DNA of 63,117 nt from Candidatus Bathyarchaeota archaeon. GTDB taxonomy: Archaea > Thermoproteota > Bathyarchaeia > TCS64. The position numbers were made by a program, and so were the translations under genes. The DNA is taken from assembly GCA_043826455.1 (NCBI GenBank), contig JBDRQD010000075.1:1-63117 (forward strand), written 5' to 3'. Positions 59,695 to 63,117 of the stretch are shown piece by piece. Under the pieces are notes generated by a model. The model made no database searches. It was given only the letters and a program-made list of their open reading frames with translations, and was not told where the DNA came from. The first letter of the stretch is position 1, and each line of letters starts with the position of its first letter.

Positions 59695-61194
59695 TCATCT
59701 CTTCTCCGATAGGGGGTAGAGCCCCCCAGGGATGTTCATGTACTTCAGCTGGGTCAGGTCGGCTGGGCCGAGCCCAGGGGCGTCCACGACGACTATGCTG
59801 CCCGCCACGCTGTTGAAGTAAGCCCTGAAGTGGACCCGAGACTTTATGGCCACTATACCGAGCCTCCTCATGTCCAGGCCAACAGCGGTGAACAACGCGT
59901 CATCCAAGACCTGGTGCAGCGACGGAGTGATGATGACGTGGTTGTTGTCGCCGAAGCCGATCATGGCTGTCAGCCCCAGCTTCCTGCGGTCCCCCCTGCT
60001 CATGGGCCCTGTAAACGTATAGCTGCACTCGTCCAGGTACTCCACCTTCCCAGAGATCTCCACTGGGTCGCCGGAGTAGCAGCCTGCGTGGCCGCCCACG
60101 CTCACATTAACTTTTCTACCCTTCCGGGCCCTCTCCTTTATGTGTCTGATAGCGGCCTCGTCGGCTATCGTCGCGATGCAGAAGTCGGTGGCCCCCTGGT
60201 CGATGAGCTCCCTCAGCACCCACGTGCTGTCACCCGTCCTGTCACTGTGGTCGGCCAGTATTACAGGCGTCTTGCCTTCCTTGACCATGCGAATTGCCTC
60301 AGCCACGCCTTCCCTAGTCTTGGGCAGCTTCTTGCCAGCGAAGGGCTCCCTGAGGCTCCACATGTAGTCGCTCATGTCCTGGGCTATGCTCTCGGCTAGC
60401 TCCCTATCTTCGTCCGTCGTCACGATGACCGTAGCCCCTACGTCGGGGACATCCGCGTATGCGAACCCGAAGGCCACGCTCACGTTGATGCAGTTGGGCT
60501 CCTCCCTCTTCCACATGCGGGCCCTCTCCATGATCTCCCTGGCCGGGCTCTCCTCTGTGCCCTGATAGACGCTAGGCGTTATGATCCCCGGCTTCCTGAT
60601 GGCCATGACGGGCCTTATGGCTCCCTTGACGGTCCTGATCATGCACCTGGCAGCCTCGTACCCCACCTCCTCGCTGTCCACGTGGGGGTAGGTCTTGAGT
60701 ATGACGACGGCGTCCGCCGCCTCAAGGAGCTCGTGATCCTCGTTGGCGTGTAGGTCCAAGGTGACCATGATGGGCACCTTCCCCACCACGGCGCGGACGC
60801 GCCTAACGATCTCGGCCTCGGGCTTCATGTAGCCGGAGGCAGCCATGGCCCCGTGGAGGGCCAGGAGCACCCCGTCCAGCTTGCCGGCACTCCTCAGGCC
60901 GTCGGTTATCCCCATGCTGTACTTGTCGAAACACTCCTCCGTCAGCCAACTGCCACTGGAGCCTCCCCTGCTCCTCGAGGCCGAGAGGATGCCCACGAGC
61001 TCCACGCCCGTGCTCTCCTCCGCAGCCTTCATGAAGCCGTTGATGTAGCTGGGTATCCCCCGGGCAGAGTCTAGAACATCCTTCCCGTATAGGACGCCCC
61101 CAGCCTCGAAGTCCTCGACGGTGGTAGGCTTTGGGCAGAACGTGCAAGTCTCGTGGCTGAAAGAAGCTACTGCTATCCTCATATGGTACACCAA
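59695..61194 (-). CDS. M81 family metallopeptidase (MlrC-like)
   Basis: 'HETCTF', 'LALHGAM', 'TLDLHAN', 'TYPHVD', 'KSRVHFRA'. Confidence 0.9.
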   Translation of the reverse strand: MVYHMRIAVASFSHETCTFCPKPTTVEDFEAGGVLYGKDVLDSARGIPSYINGFMKAAEESTGVELVGILSASRSRGGSSGSWLTEECFDKYSMGITDGLRSAGKLDGVLLALHGAMAASGYMKPEAEIVRRVRAVVGKVPIMVTLDLHANEDHELLEAADAVVILKTYPHVDSEEVGYEAARCMIRTVKGAIRPVMAIRKPGIITPSVYQGTEESPAREIMERARMWKREEPNCINVSVAFGFAYADVPDVGATVIVTTDEDRELAESIAQDMSDYMWSLREPFAGKKLPKTREGVAEAIRMVKEGKTPVILADHSDRTGDSTWVLRELIDQGATDFCIATIADEAAIRHIKERARKGRKVNVSVGGHAGCYSGDPVEISGKVEYLDECSYTFTGPMSRGDRRKLGLTAMIGFGDNNHVIITPSLHQVLDDALFTAVGLDMRRLGIVAIKSRVHFRAYFNSVAGSIVVVDAPGLGPADLTQLKYMNIPGGLYPLSEKR

Positions 61195-61222
61195 TAAGAA
61201 TTAGGGGGCCCACGGGGATAAA

Positions 61223-62497
61223 TTATACTGGGATGGCCTCCAGGAACCCTACGCCAACCCCCGCGACCCTCACTCGTACTGTCTCACCCAGCCTGACGCC
61301 GGTCTCCAAGGCTACCGTCTTGTACGCGTAGTTGCGGCCCACCTTACTCGACCTCTTACCTCGCTCCGTCAAGAGCACCGTCCCCTCCCAGCCCAGCCAC
61401 CTGCGGCCTACATCGACGGCCAGCTCCCTCCACAGGGCTGTGAGAACCCTGGATCGCTCCTTGGTCTCCCTGCCGTGGAGCCTGCCAGGCAGGCCGGCGG
61501 CCTCGGTCCCCGGTCTCTCCCAGAAGCGGGAGATGTTAAGCACGTCGGGGCGGAGCCACCGGATCAGCTCCAGGGAGTCTTGGAACTGTTCACGGGTCTC
61601 GCCAGGGAACCCGCATATGATGTCGGTGGATACGCCCATATCCGGGAAGGATTCACGGAACCTGTTCACGACTGCCTTGAACTCCTCCACCGTGTACCTC
61701 CGCCTCATGGCCTGTAGCACCTTGTCGTTGCCGGACTGGATGGGCACATGTAGGAACTTGTAGACCTTGTCACTGGCGTAGGCTTCCACCAGGTCGTTCA
61801 GCAGGGGTGCCGCCTGGTTGGGTGTCATCATGCCCACCCTCACATTGAAGTCCCCGGGCACCCCTGTGATCATGTCCAGCAGCTGGGGCAGCCTCACGTC
61901 GCCGTCCCGGTAGGCGGCGGTGTCCTCGGCTGTGACCCACACCTCCCTGCAGCCATCATTAACCGCCGTCTTCACGTTCTCCACTATGCTCTCCGCTGGG
62001 TACGAGTGGAGGCGCCCCCTGGCATACTTAACTATACAGTAGCTGCAGTCTCCCAGGCACCCCGTGCATATTGGGGCGATGTGGACGAGCCTGTTCGCCC
62101 TGACCCGGGGGAGACAGGTCCTGTCCGAGGGGGCCCCGTCCACGTAAACCACCCTCTCGCCCCTCAGGGTCCTCTCTACGGCCTCCACGACCCTGTCTAA
62201 GTCGTCGGGCCCCACCATGCTCGCCCGGGGTGCCGCGGCCTCCACGTGGCCCTCCATGGCCTTGGGCATGCACCCGGCCACCAAGAGGGGCTTACCCGTG
62301 GCGGCCAGCTGCCTCACCTGTTTGGTGATCTTCTGCTCCGTGGGCGTCTTCACAATACAAGACAGCACCACGTTGATGTCTGACTGACGCGGTGAGCCCA
62401 CTATAGTGTAGCCGCGGTTAGCCAGCATCCCCTTGGCCATCTCCGCGTCTGCTGTGTTGGCGCTGCAGCCGTAGGCTTTTACGTAGACGCTGGGCAT
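61223..62497 (-). CDS. tRNA methylthiotransferase (MtaB/MiaB family; radical SAM + TRAM)
   Basis: 'YGCSAN', 'AGCMP', 'GCLGDCSYC', 'TDIICGFPGET'. Confidence 0.92.
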   Translation of the reverse strand: MPSVYVKAYGCSANTADAEMAKGMLANRGYTIVGSPRQSDINVVLSCIVKTPTEQKITKQVRQLAATGKPLLVAGCMPKAMEGHVEAAAPRASMVGPDDLDRVVEAVERTLRGERVVYVDGAPSDRTCLPRVRANRLVHIAPICTGCLGDCSYCIVKYARGRLHSYPAESIVENVKTAVNDGCREVWVTAEDTAAYRDGDVRLPQLLDMITGVPGDFNVRVGMMTPNQAAPLLNDLVEAYASDKVYKFLHVPIQSGNDKVLQAMRRRYTVEEFKAVVNRFRESFPDMGVSTDIICGFPGETREQFQDSLELIRWLRPDVLNISRFWERPGTEAAGLPGRLHGRETKERSRVLTALWRELAVDVGRRWLGWEGTVLLTERGKRSSKVGRNYAYKTVALETGVRLGETVRVRVAGVGVGFLEAIPV

Positions 62498-62953
62498 GAG
62501 TGTTCTCCCGTGAGATTGTTTCGGGGGGTTTTAAACGGTGCGCATCTGGCGTGCTTATAAATGGAGATGAGCCCTGAGAGTGTAAGGTTGCCGGGCTTTC
62601 ATCGATTTTTTTAAATTTAAGGCAGCTCGGCAGCCTAGTTTTGTTTACCTTTTTCAGTCATTTTAAAGCGTCAGTTGGGTTGGTTTTTAACTATTTCAAT
62701 CATGTTTGGTTCGGGGTTTGTCTGGTTTTCCTTCTATAGTTACTCTCATCAGATTAGAGTAATGTAATTTAGGCTCAAAAAATGAGGGCAACTTTGCCTT
62801 TTCCTGTCAACAGGGATTGCAATGCCATTACTAGATGTTATTAGAAATATCGCATATTCCAATATCAACGCCGATTCACACACCCATCTGAGACAAAGCG
62901 GGTGTGTGTATGATGATATGTGAAATTGGCGGAATGGGGGAGTAATTGGAGAC

Positions 62954-63117
62954 ATGGTTCTAATGGAGAGGGCCATCAACTGGACCCTTGAAGAACTGGA
63001 CATCGAGGGGCTGCAGCGCTCTCACACCGTCCTGGGCGATGACGACCGCAGCGCGCTCACGGTCATAGGTGTGAAGCCCTCGCAGCTTGTGGGGGGCTTT
63101 GACTTGGAGCAGGTGCC
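62954..63117 (+). CDS. Partial CDS running off the window, function unknown
   Basis: Open frame MVLMERAINWTLEELDIEG..., GGAG upstream. Confidence 0.55.
   Translation, partial: MVLMERAINWTLEELDIEGLQRSHTVLGDDDRSALTVIGVKPSQLVGGFDLEQV

Overview
Archaeal chromosomal window; EF-1alpha, uS10/uS12/uS7, eL40, DGGGP synthase, FtsZ, a KaiC-like ATPase and many peptidases suggest Bathyarchaeia, which is an inference. About 60 CDSs, two intronless CCA-encoding tRNAs (Leu-TAG, Arg-CCT) and a VapBC pair are present; no integrase, transposase or CRISPR was seen. Two tRNA-anchored variable regions stand out. (1) At ~300-11,700, small gene blocks are separated by six degenerate pieces of the tRNA-Leu 3' end, and there is a diverged duplicate of the thyA 3' end. 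(2) At ~52,450-55,750, a tandem array of four paralogous membrane-anchored proteins each follows the same CATAACCTTATCCTC motif, and a fifth truncated unit precedes them. Both regions are flanked by polarised AC/GT strand skew. Other notable items are a KaiC / GH3-ligase / membrane-DUF835 module, a split cucumopine-synthase/McbB-like gene pair, a pYEATS pair, a sensor kinase lacking its His, a candidate structured ncRNA, and G-string repeats that may mark an origin. All family calls come from motif recognition by eye, not database searches.
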